This document shows positions 1 through 14,199 of a DNA stretch of 64,000 bases, in pieces. The number at the start of each line of letters is the position of its first letter. Position 1 is the stretch's first letter. This DNA is from Octopus sinensis (lineage: Eukaryota). Below the pieces are notes generated by a model. It saw nothing but the letters and a program-made list of their open reading frames with translations, was not told the DNA's origin and searched no databases. The stretch spans positions 20,646,001 to 20,710,000 of the forward strand of contig NC_043018.1 in assembly GCF_006345805.1 (NCBI RefSeq). The letters are read 5' to 3'. Both the position numbers and the translations under genes were made by a program.

Positions 1-393
1 TATCGAGCCCGTCTGAGTATTAGCGCGCGTCTACGATGAGTCTACGATTTTAAAAATAATTTAACATCATTTTTTATTCCATTTTAATGCATAATTTTTC
101 TTGTGTCGATGGCGGCGGGGTTGGCGTCCACGCTCACAGCTGCACCTGTTTGCTTCTCCCCTTCTTCCCTCCCTCGTGAAGCTGTGGGGAAGGGAGTGTA
201 AGGAAATCAACGTCGTAAAGCGTTGTCAAGGAGACCAGCGTTCTTTTAGAACAACGACTTCATGGCTTGAAGACACCAAAACATAAATGGCAAAGAAAGC
301 CCGAATTGACATCTATAAGGGAAGTAACTCTCTAAAAATGCTTATATAGTTATTTCCCTTACAAATCCGAGCAAGGCCGGGCGATACTGCTAG
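1..393 (+). mobile_element. Non-autonomous Helitron-like element, 5' end outside the window
   Basis: Ends ccgagcaaggccgggcgatactgCTAG|t; homologous to 35164-35563. Confidence 0.7.
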
Positions 394-1614
394 TATATAT
401 ATACTTTTCAGTATGTGATCTCGTGAGTACCACCGGCGATTTTTTTTCCTCTGTCTTCCCTTCTCGGGATCTTTCTTTCTCCTATGTTTCCGACGAAGAG
501 CTCCGCTCGAAATGTTAAACCCTCCTTCTTCCCTTCTTTCCTGAGCGTCCAATAATACTATATTTGTTCCACGTCCTTGCGTTGTTGTTTTTTTGTTTTC
601 TTGTTTGGATTAACTTTATATATATATATGGATCAAAGAAAAATGTTTAAGGTTTAACATGGACTCGATCAAAAGGGTGGACAGGATTAGGAAGCGGGGG
701 GGGGGGGTCATGAGTCATCTGTAGAAAAATAAAAAGCCGCCGCCACCACCACCACCACCATCATCATCATGATCATTATCACCCGAGCGTGGAACTACTT
801 CTAACAAAGTTTACTTGGTTTATTTGGTCATCGTGTTTGTGTCCACACCTGGCATCAAACCGCTTTCTTTATGAACCAGTAATAAGGAAATAAAAATATG
901 TTTTTTTTCTGTGAACACAAACGAGTCACGAAGTGAGAAGCAGTAAAGACGAAAGGGTTTGTACAAGAGCAGAAGATAATAATAGACTGCCGGGTTGGAC
1001 TGCGGTGGTGACAATCCTCTAATACTTAATGCGTACGAAAGACGGGCAACACAAAACAGTATATCTGATAAACCTGAACTTGCCGAATGTGCCCCAAGTT
1101 CAATGGATTCAGGTGTACAACATTAGTTTAACACCTGTTGTCAATAAGTGTTGATTGGAAAGTAGTTTATTAGCAGAACCAACGAGAAAATAACAGGTTA
1201 ATTAAACCGAGAGAAAATTCTTGCTAAGATGACTATGAGTGCCATTTTAACGATGACTCTTAACCTAAAATGATGCCCTGTCACAAAAGATAAAGACCGG
1301 CTAATTACACCTGATCACTACCAGAAATTGTTTGTCTAAATGACTCGACCATCAAGCCCAGGTAATTCCGTTCAGCATTAAGTTTGTGACACAGTTGATA
1401 TTAGCTAAACCGGTGTGGATTAGCTGGAAAATACAAAAAGATAGTGTGTGAGAGAGACAGTGGGGAGGTTGTAAACACACACACACACATAGGTGCACAC
1501 ACACACACATAGGTGTGCACGCACACACACACATAGGTGCACACACACACACACACACACACACATAGGCACATGCATACATACAAAAACACATAAACAC
1601 AGTTAGACAGACAG

Positions 1615-1616
1615 AA

Positions 1617-1684
<68 letters not shown>

Positions 1685-1693
1685 GTGGGTAGG

Positions 1694-1761
<68 letters not shown>

Positions 1762-1785
1762 CAGATAGATAGATAGGTGGGTAGG

Positions 1786-1823
<38 letters not shown>

Positions 1824-1828
1824 CATAC

Positions 1829-1860
<32 letters not shown>

Positions 1861-1891
1861 GTGGGTAGGTAGGTAGATGGGTAGACAAATA

Positions 1892-1969
<78 letters not shown>

Positions 1970-1970
1970 G
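1615..1970. repeat. (GATA)n microsatellite with periodic ggtgggta interruptions
   Basis: Direct reading. Confidence 0.95.
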
Positions 1971-2098
1971 CGTGTCTATGTACACACACACAACATATTG
2001 AGAAGAGAAGGAAAGAAAAACAGACAGATAGATATACATACATATTTGTCTATATGTTTGTGTGTATATAATATACATTTTTACACACACACACAGCA

Positions 2099-2139
<41 letters not shown>

Positions 2140-2535
2140 AGAGAAGAAAGAAAGAAAGAAAGAAAGACAGAAAGACAGAAAGAAAGAAAGAGATGTAAAG
2201 AAAGAAAAAAATTAACGGAAAATATAAACAACAAAAAAAAACAACAAATAAAGAAACAAAGTAAACAAAGGCGTATGATTTAAACAACGGACCCCGATCC
2301 AACGGAATTAGTGAGTTGGGGAGGGCATGAGTGGCGTGGTGTGTCGGTGAAATTGCTGCATAGTGACTAGAATTGTCTTAGTAATTAAAACTTTCGTTGA
2401 GTGCTGGTGCTTTAGCAATAATTGCCTTTTGTTTTTGTTTTTGTTCTTTTGGGGGGGTTTTCTTTTTTTTTTTTTTAGTCTGCGTTGAGTACAGTTCCTT
2501 TCCGAAGGACAACAACGACGGGCGAAGGAAAGAAA

Positions 2536-2574
<39 letters not shown>

Positions 2575-3561
2575 AAAGAGAGAAAGAGAGGAATGAGTTT
2601 TTTTCTTTCTTTTTTGTGTGTTTATTTTCCTCAGCGGGCCAACTAGTAAACCTAGCATTAATACAATGTCCGTAGTGACAGTACCAACACTGGTAGTTTT
2701 CAACTAGTTTTCGTAATTGCCTACTGTGACCCTTCGTCCACTCCAACGCCCGCCACCCATGCCCTACCACCTCACTGCTGTTAGTACAATATTGGTACCG
2801 TTTGGCGCTGTTGATGTTCTTCTCGGCCTTTTTATTTTTTCTCGATGATGAAGATGAAGATGACGATGATGATGGTAGTGGTGGTGGTGGTGATGGCGGT
2901 GTTGGTGGTGGTGGTTATGGTAATAGTGATGGTGATGGTGGTGGTAGTGGTGGTGGTGTGGTATTGGGGGTGTTGGTGGCTATAGGGATGGTGGTGGTGA
3001 TGATTGTGACAATGGTGATGATAATGACGATGATGATGGTAGTGGTGGTGGTGGTGATAGTGGTTATGGTAATAGTGATGGTGATGGTGGTGGTTATGGT
3101 AATAGTGATGGTGATGATGGTGGTAGTGGTGGTGGTGTTCGTGTGTTATTGGGGGTGGTGGTGGTGATGATTGTGACAATGGTGATGATGATGATGATGA
3201 TGATGACGATGATGATGGTGCACTAACAACAAACGCGAGAACAAAAGTACAAAACAAAAAAACAAAAAACAAAAGCAGAGTCATCGGTCACACAAATGAT
3301 AGCTGTGACCGAGAACAACAGAGAAATCGGAGGATGGTACCTTTTGAATAAGTCCGACATTCAAATTCCAGACTCGAGGCCATTCTGCAATGTTTGTGTG
3401 ACTCTGGTTATAAAAAGTTGCTTAATAATATGGCCGAAACATCTCCAAGAACACCACATGTCTTTTTTGCATGAGGGTCGGAGTGGATAAACGGTTCCAA
3501 AGAACCTACATGCACACAAGAGTGACATACAGGTGTATGAAATACCATATAATTTAAGTTC

Positions 3562-4245
3562 TTCATCATCATCATCATCATCATCATCGTTTAACGTCCT
3601 TTCTCCATGCTAGCATGGGTTGGACGGTTCGACCGGGGATCCGGGCAGCCAGAAGGCTGCACCAGGCTCCAGTCTTATCTGGCAATGTTTCTACAGCTGG
3701 ATGCCCTTCCTAACGCCAACCACTCCGTGAGAGTAGTGGGTGCTTTTTACGTGCCACCTGCACAGGTGCCAGGCGAGGCTGGCAACGGCCATGGTCGGAT
3801 TGGTGTATTTTATGTGCCACTGGCACGGAAGCCAGTCGAGGCGGCGCTGGCATCGGCCACGAGTCGGATAGTGCTTTTTACGTACCACCAGACCAGGGAT
3901 CCTGGCTGGTTCAATTCGATTTTGGTTTATTAAAATTATCTCTGACCCTATAATTACCAAACTGCAATCGAGAACAATTCCGAGAGGAATATTGAAAAAG
4001 TGGGAGATAATGTTATGAATGAAGGATTCTTCAAAGCTGACATGCCATAACGGAAGCGCCCAATACACTCTGTATAGCAGTTGGCATTAGGAAAGGCCTC
4101 CAACTGTTGAAAACCCTGCCAAATCAGACATTGGAGCTCCAACACAGTCCCTGAACTTGTTGGACTCTGGTGAACCATCATTCATCCTACACATGCCAGG
4201 GATAGAAAGCAAATGGTTAATGATGATGATGATAATGATGATGAC

Positions 4246-4275
<30 letters not shown>
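3562..4275. mobile_element. Two family C retroposons ((GAT)n-tailed, RTE-like 3' end) in inverted orientation
   Basis: gttggcgttaggaagggcatccag..ccaacccatgctagcatggaaa..aaacgatgatg consensus. Confidence 0.7.
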
Positions 4276-4276
<1 letters not shown>

Positions 4277-4350
4277 AGAGACGGCTGAAATGTAAGGCTG
4301 AGCACAGCAGGATTTGAACTCAGAACACATGCCAGAATAGAAAGCAGATG

Positions 4351-4398
<48 letters not shown>

Positions 4399-4536
4399 TT
4401 GCCAAGGTCAATCTTGCCTTTCATTCTTTCAGGGTTGATAAATTAAGTACCAGTGATACACTGAGGGAGAGGTGGTCGATGTAATCGATTAGTCCCCTCC
4501 CCACAAATTTCAGACCTTGTGCCCTTAGGAGAAAGG

Positions 4537-4580
<44 letters not shown>

Positions 4581-4581
<1 letters not shown>

Positions 4582-5110
4582 GGTGCAGGAGTGGCTGTGT
4601 GATAAGTAGCTTGCTTACCAACCACATGGTGTCGGGTTCAGTCCCACTGCATGGCACCTTGGGCAAGTGTCTTCTTCTATAGCCTCAGGCTGACCAAAGC
4701 TTTGTGAGTGGATTTGGTAAACGGAAACTGAAAGAAGCTCGTTGTATATATGTGTGTGTGTGCGTGTGTCTGTGTTTGTGTGTCTATGTTCGGCCCCCCC
4801 CCCCAATATTGCTTGACAACCGATGCTGGCATGTTTACAGCCCTGTAACTTAGCAGTTCGGCAAAAGAGACCGATAGAATAAGTACTAGGCTTACAAAGA
4901 ATAAGTCCTGGGGTCAATTTGCTCGACTAAAAGCAGTGCTCCAGCATGGCCGCAGTCAAATGACTGGAACAAGGCTTTGGTCGGCCCAAGGCTTTGGTTG
5001 GCCCAAGGCTATAGTAAAAGACGCTTGCCCAAGATGCCACGCTGTGGGACTGAACCCGGAACCATGTGGTTGGTAAGCAAGCTACTAACCACACAGCCAC
5101 TCCTGCACCT
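4581..5110. mobile_element. SINE family A: full copy (+) joined tail-to-tail to a partial copy (-)
   Basis: ggtgcaggagtggctgtgtg..gggttcagtccc head at both ends. Confidence 0.8.
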
Positions 5111-5711
5111 ATTGTTTACAATATATTGTTAGCATCAGCGGACTCAGGCTATCACTCTGGTATATAGATGCTAGTGACTGAGGACAGGCCAAATAGCTCA
5201 AAACTGAGTCAGTCTCGTGATCCTTATACCTACCAGAGAGTGGTAGGGGTTTGCTCCCCCTGCTAGCAATATATATTGTATATAAAGAGTGCAGAGTCAC
5301 ACCGATAACCAGCTGGCGGAGAATCTGCCTGGGGTTAAACTAGAAGTAACATTCAACAGCCACTTTGATGTGGTGGCTGGCTTTACTGTTTAGTATGGTT
5401 ACTATTTTGGTCTCTTCGTGAGATTTTGCATCTTGCTATTTTTATATATATATGAGGGGATGCACAAAAGTTCCTGATTTGGGATGAGAGAAAACGCAGG
5501 AGGATCATGAGTTAATTATTTTTTTATTCAACATGTTCCTCTCTCAGATTCACACACTTATTGCAGTGGTCCTTCAGTTTTTCTAAGCCCTGTAAAAGAA
5601 CTCAGAAAATTGGGCCTCTAACTGAGCCTTTCATGACACCCTTAAAGCCAAGAACTTTACAGCACCCCTTGTATGTGTGTATATATACATATATATATAT
5701 ATATGTATGTG

Positions 5712-5746
<35 letters not shown>

Positions 5747-5762
5747 GTATATATATATATAG

Positions 5763-5847
<85 letters not shown>

Positions 5848-6061
5848 AGATACAGGGTGCAGCAGAAATACCTCACACATTTTAAACTTTCACCTTTGTG
5901 TTGCTAATGAACTTATGCAAGTGCCAATAATGCTTTCATTTAGCTAATGAACAAAAACTGTAACCTTTTGTTTAAACAAGAGTAAAAGTAATTTTTCAGA
6001 AATGTTGTTTCTTTTTCCTTTTGTCAACCTTTCAAATGTGGGAGGTATTTTTGCTGCACAA

Positions 6062-6093
<32 letters not shown>

Positions 6094-6321
6094 TCTTTTA
6101 CTCTCTTTTACTTGTTTCAGCCATCCGGCTGAGGCCATGCTGGGGCATATATATATATGTTACACACATTTTTTTCTCTCCTTGTTTTTTCTGTGTACCT
6201 TTCTGTAGAAGAGCGCAGGCTCGAGATGTAAGAGTTTTTCTATTCCTGAGCGTTATACAAATACATCTGTTTGTTTTGTAGACCAACTGTCTTCATCTTT
6301 TGTTTTTTTGTAAACTTTCCC

Positions 6322-6384
<63 letters not shown>

Positions 6385-8175
6385 GAGAGAGAGAGTGAGA
6401 GAGAGTAAATAAAAAAGAACAAACACAAACAAAAACAACAACGTGAGGATGTGGTACATGCAAAGTATTAGCAGATGCTCAGGGAAGGAAAGAAAGGTGG
6501 TTTTACATTTCGAGCAAAAACTCTTCTTCAGGAACAGGAGAGAGAGGAAAGTCTAAGAGAAAAGGAAAACGGAGGGAAAAAAATCGCCTCCAATTCACTA
6601 CAGTGTTACTTATCACATGACACATAACTCTAGTATGATAATATTTATCGTTAACATTTATGATTTCGTCTCTTATTGACATTGGAATAACACTCTGAGT
6701 TCTTCTGCAGAAAAAGACTTTCATCTAAAGTTCCAGTGGCAAGAATGCAGGTGAAACATTTACCTAGGTAATAAAGGAATAACAATTAACAATCATCAAT
6801 GGTTAAATGGATAATTATGTCTGGAACAGACTAATCAAAGAACACTATTCTTTTGGTGCAACAGACACGTAAGAAAATGGTAATTGGGAAGAATAGAACT
6901 TAAAAGAGACAAATTATTCAGCATATATCTGCTCCTTTATTATTCCTCTGCATTATTTCAGTTAAATGTTGTCTTGGAGATAATGTCTGGCATGATTCCA
7001 AGATACTATTGTATTGTTGGCTTACCTCAATGTACACCAGACAGCAAGTTCTTAAACTTTTAGCAACTTTTCAAAAAAGTTACGGTGACCTTACATAGAA
7101 ATAAAACACCAATTATTGAATGGAATTAAAAAACATGGTGCACACCGTTTTGCTTTATTTACTCAAAGGCACCGGCATGGTTGTATGGTTAAGAAGTTCT
7201 CTCTTGAATCAGATGGTTTCAGGTTCAATACCATTGCACGTCATTTTCAGCAAACGTCTTCTACTATACTCTCAGGTGGACCAAAACTTTGTGAATGGAT
7301 TTGGTAGACGGAAATTGAGAGAAATCTGCTGCATATTGTGTGTGTGTGTGTACGTGTGTGTGTGTGTATGTGTATGTGTCTGTATGTATATATGTGTATG
7401 TGCATGTGTGTGTATGTGTGTCTGCACGTGTTTATGTGTGTATGTATCTGTGTGTGTGTATGTGTGTGTCTATGTCTATGTGTGTATGTGTATGTGTGTG
7501 AATGCATATGTGTATGTATGTGTACGTATCTGTGTGTGTGTATGTGTGTCTATGTCTGTGTGTGTATGTGTGTGTGTGAATGCATGTAAGTGTGTAGTGA
7601 AGTTACATGGCTTAGTGATTAGCATATTTAGCTCACTCATAAGGTTGTGAGTTCAATTTCTAGTGTTGCATTGTAATCCTTGGGCAGGACACTTTATTTC
7701 ACATTGCTCCGATCCACTCCACTGGCAAAAATGAGCTGTACCTGTGATTGATAGGGGCCAGCCTTGTCACATTCTGTATCAGTACTGCATCTTCCTGAGA
7801 ACTACATTAAGGGTCCACGTGTCTGTGGAGTGCTCGGCCACTTGCCTATTAATTTCACGAGTAGGGAGTTCTGTTGATCAGGTCAGTTGGAACCATTGTG
7901 GCTGTAACGAATGCTCGTTAAGTCTGTGTAGGAAACTGCATGCTTGCTTACATTTGCATTTTGCCAATCAACTTATGCAAGCAACAAGCAATGATGTGGT
8001 GTCCTACATGTGCACTGATGTTGCACATCCAATGGAGCATACTCCCTTTGTTTCTCTCCAGTCTATACTCCATGATCTCACTAATATGGAGTTTAGCTGT
8101 TCATACACAAGCATCATATAGTCTACCTTTCATTTGTTCACCTGAATTGCTACTTTCCTCATCATTTTCTACCCG

Positions 8176-8615
8176 CATGGTTCTTTGTCTCAAGCATTTG
8201 TCTTATGAAGAAAGGCTGAAGACGCTCGACCTTTATTCTCTAGAAAAACGACGACGCCATGGTGATCTCATTCTTGCTCACAACATCATAAGCAGATAGT
8301 GTAACCTCGCGAAAGAGCTGTTCTTCACTCCTGCTCCAGAGCGTCGGCTGCGGGGTCACTCCGAAAAGCTCTATCTGCAACAATTTCATCTCAATCGAAG
8401 GAGAGGGGCTTTCTCCGTCCCATGTTGCAGATCCGTGGAATAAGCTGCCGGACGAGATGGTGAAGATGCCGACGACTGCTCGGTTCAAAGTCTCCCTTGA
8501 CCACAAGTGGCCTGAACTCTTTACATGAACACCACCCTGTACATAGCTCCATGTCCCCCTACATGGCCTTGCTTTATGCTTTTTGAGCCAAAAATTAACA
8601 AACTAACTAACTAAC
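8176..8615 (+). mobile_element. CR1-type LINE 3' fragment
   Basis: LSYEERLKTLDLYSLEKRRRHGDLI and (other frame) PWNKLPDEMV are typical CR1 ORF2 C-terminal motifs; (ctaa)n tail. Confidence 0.8.
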
Positions 8616-9119
8616 ATTTTCACCAGTTTGATTGTCCGAATCCCTGTCATTAAATATAACCTCTTGTCTGTATAATAATTATCAATATTGTTGTATTTCA
8701 GAATGGTCATTTTGCCAGTTTAGCCAATAAAAACACACGCACTACATATTTGGTGTTACTTTGCTTCAGCGTTATTTATTTTTTACATTAATCTTAATCT
8801 TATTTCGGCCAGAGTTTTTCGTCACGCTCCTGTGACCCGCATCAGTAGTCCTTTGCTTTCTTCTTTCTTATTTTGCTCCTTTACAAGATGAAACGCTGGG
8901 TCCCATCACACCCCACATTTCATCACAAAATCATATTTTTTGCAATTAAAAACAGAAGTAAACAACAGCTATGAGGGGGACACAGCAACGAGTCGTAAAC
9001 ACACCAGACTTCAGAGCTGCAACACGAGCAGTTGTTTATTTTTAGCACCTTATCTTCTTCCCACATTTTGTTCATTACCATTTCAGCAGGAACCTGGTAG
9101 AGACGCTAAATGTCATTTT

Positions 9120-9928
9120 AACCTTCTAGCATTCAGATTATTCTGTTAAATGTAATGCTTATTTATTCATTAATATTGTTTAAATTAGTCATGGCTTTGA
9201 AATTTCAGTCATGTAATTGTTTATCTTTTAGGGTTAGATTCTTGGGTAAGTATAAGAGGTCACATCTGGCTGGTCTGAGCATAGTAAAAATAGAATATTT
9301 TGACAGGATATGGCTGGTTTAATCTTTCAGCATTTAGAAATATTTTGTCAAATGTAATGATTAAGTATTCACATTGAGATTGTTGGGTAGGTATGAGAGG
9401 TCATATCTGGCTGGTCTGAGCATAGTAAAAATAGAATATTTTGACAGGATATGGCTGGTTTAATCTTTCAGCATTTAAATGAAAATGGCAGAATTTCTGG
9501 ACAAGACATGTCTAGTTCAATCTTTTAGCAACCAGAATATTCTGTCAAATGTAACACATATATTCACATTGTTTTGAATTAATCATGAATTATCTTGTGG
9601 CTTTGAAACTTCAGTCATGTGATTGTTTATCTATTAGGGTGAGATTGTTGGGTAGGTATGAGAGGTAGAATATTTGTGCCTGATATGGTTGATTTAAATG
9701 CTAAAGGGTCAACCCTTTAGCGCTCAGATTACTCTGTCAGATGTAATCCTTATTTATACAAATTGTTTTGAATTAATCCTGCATTATCTCATAGCCTTGA
9801 GGAAGTAAATGTTAATTTTTAGAATGACATTGGAGGGTAGGCATGAGAGGTTGGATCTAGCCAGTTTAAACATGAAACGAGTAGAATATTTTGGCTGGAT
9901 AAGGCCAGTTTAGAGGCTAAAGGGTCAA
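9120..9928. mobile_element. Cluster of tandem piggyBac-like MITEs (same family as 55579)
   Basis: ccctttag..ctaaaggg termini; 9713-9924 full copy abuts the previous copy across tcaa. Confidence 0.7.
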
Positions 9929-10363
9929 TCTATTCCCACTGCAGCAGGAACATGGCTTGATAGGGTTAAAATAGGAGAGGATTTAATGGAGATTTGCTTG
10001 CTATTTCTAGCAGATTCAGTGGCTGTATAGAGGCTCCTCCTTTGCCCTGTAAGTCATGTTAAAAGACAATAGTATATACGTTTATTATCATTTTGAAAAC
10101 CTGGGATATTGAAAAATCTGGGGTAAATAACTGTCTGGAAGTATTCTTTAGGGTCACATGGACATTGTTCCCTGGAAGTGTTCTTTAGGGACACACAGAC
10201 ACTGTTTGAAAATTTGGATCCTGGAACTCTGAGACATCTCAACAACTTGTGGATATGATATGCTCAGTCTTTTGAGAGCTGCTATGGAAAAGATTTGTTT
10301 GGGATGAGCTTGGCAACATGTAGCACAGAACTGCTTTCAGGAATTCCTTAGGGGTACAACAGT

Positions 10364-10750
10364 GGAGGCGCAATGGCCCAGTGGTTAGGGCAGCGGACTC
10401 GCGGTCGTAGGATCGCGGTTTCGATTCCCAGACCGGGCGTTGTGAGTGTTTATTGAGCGAAAACACCTAAAAGCTCCACGAGGCTCCGGCAGGGGATGGT
10501 GGTGATCCCTGCTGTACTCTTTCACCACAACTTTCTCTCACTCTTACTTCCTGTTTCTGTTGTACCTGTATTTCAAAGGGCCAACCTTGTCACTCTCTGT
10601 GTCACGCTGAATATCCCCGAGAACTACGTTAAGGGTGCACGTGTCTGTGGAGTGCTCAGCCACTTACACGTTAATTTCATGAGCAGGCTGTTCCATTGAT
10701 TCGGATCAACCGGAACCACCGTCGTCGGAAGCGACGGAGTGCTTCCATCC
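10364..10750 (+). mobile_element. Full-length tRNA-derived SINE with 14-bp TSD
   Basis: A/B-box head tggcccagtggttag...ggtttcgattccc; TSD aggggtacaacagt at 10350-10363 and 10751-10764. Confidence 0.85.
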
Positions 10751-11079
10751 AGGGGTACAACAGTCACAAGCAGACATAGACACTCTCCTGGTCCTCCCAG
10801 ATTTGGTCAAGCAAAACATCCAAGATGAGCCAAAGGACAGAGAGGGAGAGAGAGAGAGAGAGAGAGAAAGGTGTTTCAGCTCCCCAGCTAGGACTCATCA
10901 ACAGCTGAGTAGTGGAACAGCATGAAACAGGTGCTTTGTTCAAGAAAGATGTTGTGCCAGGTTGAGCAATTGAACCCTCATCCTTATGATTGTAAGCTTG
11001 ACACTCTAACCACTAGGTTAGGTGCCTTCCCTAATGGAAGTGAGTTATTGGAGAATAAAAATTTAAAATACAATATTTG

Positions 11080-11241
11080 GGTGGTGTAAGAGTGGCTTGT
11101 TTATAAACCACATGGTTCCAGGTTCAGTCCCACTGCGTGGCACCTTGGGCAAGTGTCTTCTACTATAGCCTCAGGCTGACCAAAGCCTTGTGAGTGGATT
11201 TGGTAGACGGAAACTGAAAGAAGCCCGTCGTATATATGTAT

Positions 11242-11274
<33 letters not shown>

Positions 11275-11490
11275 CGTGTGTATGTTTGTGTGTCTGTCCC
11301 CCCAATATTGCTTGACAACTGATGCTGGTGTGTTTACATCCCTGTAACATAGCAGTTCGGCAAAAGAGACCAATAGAATAAGTACTAGGCTTACAAAGAA
11401 TAAGTCCTGGGGTCGATTTGCTCGACTAAAGGCGGTGCTCCAGCATGGTCAGTCACATGACTGAAACAAGTAAAAGAGTAAGAGTAAAGA
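11080..11490 (+). mobile_element. SINE family A (~400 bp, internal TA/TG tract, agtaaaag tail)
   Basis: Homologous to many other copies in the window. Confidence 0.8.
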
Positions 11491-13767
11491 GTAACCAGAT
11501 TAAATGGGTAATTAATAATGATTAAACAACAAGGTTTTTTTTTTTTAATGAAAGTCGTTTTATTAATGAAAATAATTATGGTTCGAGACATTACAGAGAG
11601 AGGGGAGAGAGAGAGAGAGAGATAAGATTGAATTAATTGGGACTTCCTCAAAAACCCTGGAATGTATCAATTTAATAAGATTGATATCTAAAGAGTTGGT
11701 GATAGGTTATGAGAACAAAGAAACAAAAATTAAGTATAACCGTTAAAAAAGACAGAAACTGTGTTTTTTCTTATCATTTAGAGAAGATGAGGATTCAGAA
11801 ATTTAGGGAGAAATTACACAAAATGTTTGAATAATCAAAGAAAATGTAGCAAAAAAACAAAAAAACAAAATGGTTCATAAAACTGTGCTTCCATCTTTGA
11901 AGAGTCTTTCATACCATTCTAACCTTTATTTAAATAATGGCTTCAAATTTGGGCACAAGACCTGAAATTTAAGGGAAGGGGCCAAGTCAATTAAAGTGAC
12001 CCCCAGCGCTCAACTGGTATTTATTTTATTGACCTGAAAAGGATAAAAAGCAAAGTTGACCTCGGTGGAATTTGAACTCAGAACGTAAGATGGACAAAAT
12101 ACTAGCTAAGCATTTTGCCTGGTGTTTAATATAAATAGAGACCAGGAATTTGTGGGAAGGGAGCAGTTAATTATTTCAACCCCAGTGTATACCTGGTATT
12201 TCATTTTATCAGTCCTGGAAGGAAAAATAAACGTAAAGCTGACTTTGCTGGGATTTGAACTCAATGTAAACAACCAAAATAAAAAGCACGTGGTATTTTA
12301 TCCAATACTCTAAAGACTCTGCAGCCAATCCGTTGTCCTTAACTTCTGAATATCCATAACAGCACACCCCCACCCCACACCAAAAAAAAAAAAAAGAAAA
12401 AAAAAGAAGAGATGTGGATGAAATAGAGAAATGTTTGTTCTATAATGTAGAATCTATTGCTACATCGGAACTGATATTTGGCAGAGTAATTCTTTTAGTG
12501 ATTGCAGTTTAGCAAAGTAAACTTTTCACTTTTATCATCAATGTCTGATTCAAATTGTTGTTGTTGCCTCCCGTGTTTTTTCTGCCACTTTTTACAGCAG
12601 CACTGAAGTGTCCTCTCCAGTTTTGTGCAGGCCTGGGCTAGAAATAAGTACTGGGTAACCCAATCGTCAGGATTCCTCTCTCGACCTTGCTGATGTAGTC
12701 CAAAGGAGTGCAGAGCATTACGTTTGGCACCAGCTTGGTTGCAGGAGTTGCCGGGAGGAGTGTTGAGTCGAACACTAAACCGCCTACAGGGCTCCACTCC
12801 AGATTTCTTTGAAGGTTGTCTCCTTTCCGTAACCCTGGATAGGGGCCCATACTGGGTACTGTCAGCCGGAGCCAGCTGAGCCCGGGACTCAAATATGCAA
12901 CAATATTAACCCATTTGATGATTTAAGAATCATCGAAATAAAAACTTTAGATATATTTTAAAGAAACAAAATTAAATTTCAAAAAGATATTTAAAACATT
13001 AAATTCAAATTTTTCATTGAAGTAGAACTAGATTAAAATCATTATCTAATTGATATGTTATATCATTGAAAAGCCAGAGGCTGCAGTGGATGTCTGAGAA
13101 AAGGTTTATTTATAAATGTGGAGTATCTAGTCTTCAGAGCTAGGATGATTTTTATTTCAGCAAGCTCTGAAATATAATTTGTGTATTTTAATACACTTCT
13201 TCTATAAAAGGATATTTTCTGAGACTCACTGCAGCTTCTGATATTTCAGAAATACACATGTGTTGAAATACATCATAAAGATAAAGATTATAAAACATTA
13301 AATAAAATGGAAGAGAGAGACGTTCGCCAAGAGTTTAGTTCCATTTGTTAAGAATTCTATCACCAGTGATTTATAAAACTTATAGCTTGGTTTCTTAGGG
13401 GAAACACAAAATAAAAAAATAGGGAGATAATTTGTATTTTCATTTTAAAATATATTTTTGGCTTCTAAAAAAAAATGACAATCGTGATGGTTGATATGTA
13501 TTCAGTAGAGAGTAGGTACACTGTGGCTAAGAAGTTTAATTCACAACCATGAGGTTCTGGGCTCAATTCCAGTGCATGGCATCTTGGGCAAATATTTTCT
13601 GTCACCTTGGATGAACCCATAATTTGTGAATAAAACTGGGTAAAGGGAAACTGTACAGAAACCTGTTAATGGACTGTACCTGTAATTCATTCTGGGACAG
13701 TTTTGTCACATATTGTGTCTGACTGATTCTGTTAAGAGTACACATGTCTGTGGAATACTCAGTTGTG

Positions 13768-13804
<37 letters not shown>

Positions 13805-13977
13805 TAGCTTAAGGTGACCCGCTCTACACACGGGTGAGGGTGTGGTTGTTACTTTCTGCTGCTTCCTTTCTGGTTCAAAACATAAAAAAAATGACATTTG
13901 TATTACAGAGCCAGAGGCAGTTTCAGCCAGGTTGGTATCAAAAGGGTTAAGAATTGTTTCTTTATTATATATTTTAA

Positions 13978-14199
13978 CCCTTTTGTTACCATATTTATTT
14001 TCAGATGCTCTATGTTTCTTTCAATTAATTTTAAATATAACAAAGAATTTACTAAAATAACTTAGTTATCGTTAAGCTAGTGTTAGGAACATAAATTGTG
14101 ACTAAGGTTTGGTGGAAGATTTTAATTCAAAACTTATGAAAACAAGACATATGTACTACAGAGCCAGAGCTGGTTTCAGCCGAGTTGGTAACGAATGGG
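13978..14199. mobile_element. piggyBac-like MITE, second family
   Basis: TTAA|CCCttttgttacc...ggtaacgaatGGG|TTAA; related ends at ~13890-13950 and ~58740-58953. Confidence 0.7.

Noticed and set aside
2802-3284. Asp/Gly-rich and His/Thr-rich ORFs, one with a hydrophobic N-terminus
   Set aside because: Built on GGT/GAT repeats; low complexity on both strands
8812-8850. Hammerhead-like motif on the minus strand (CTGATGC..gtcac/gtgac..GAAA)
   Set aside because: A9 altered, and no stem III or stem I closure found; at most a relic
10364-10440. tRNA gene candidate (also the other SINE heads)
   Set aside because: A/B boxes present but no complete cloverleaf; continues into a SINE body bounded by a TSD
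12495-12892. 100-aa and 84-aa ORFs
   Set aside because: No recognisable domain or splice structure; looks like an interspersed-repeat fragment, family not identified
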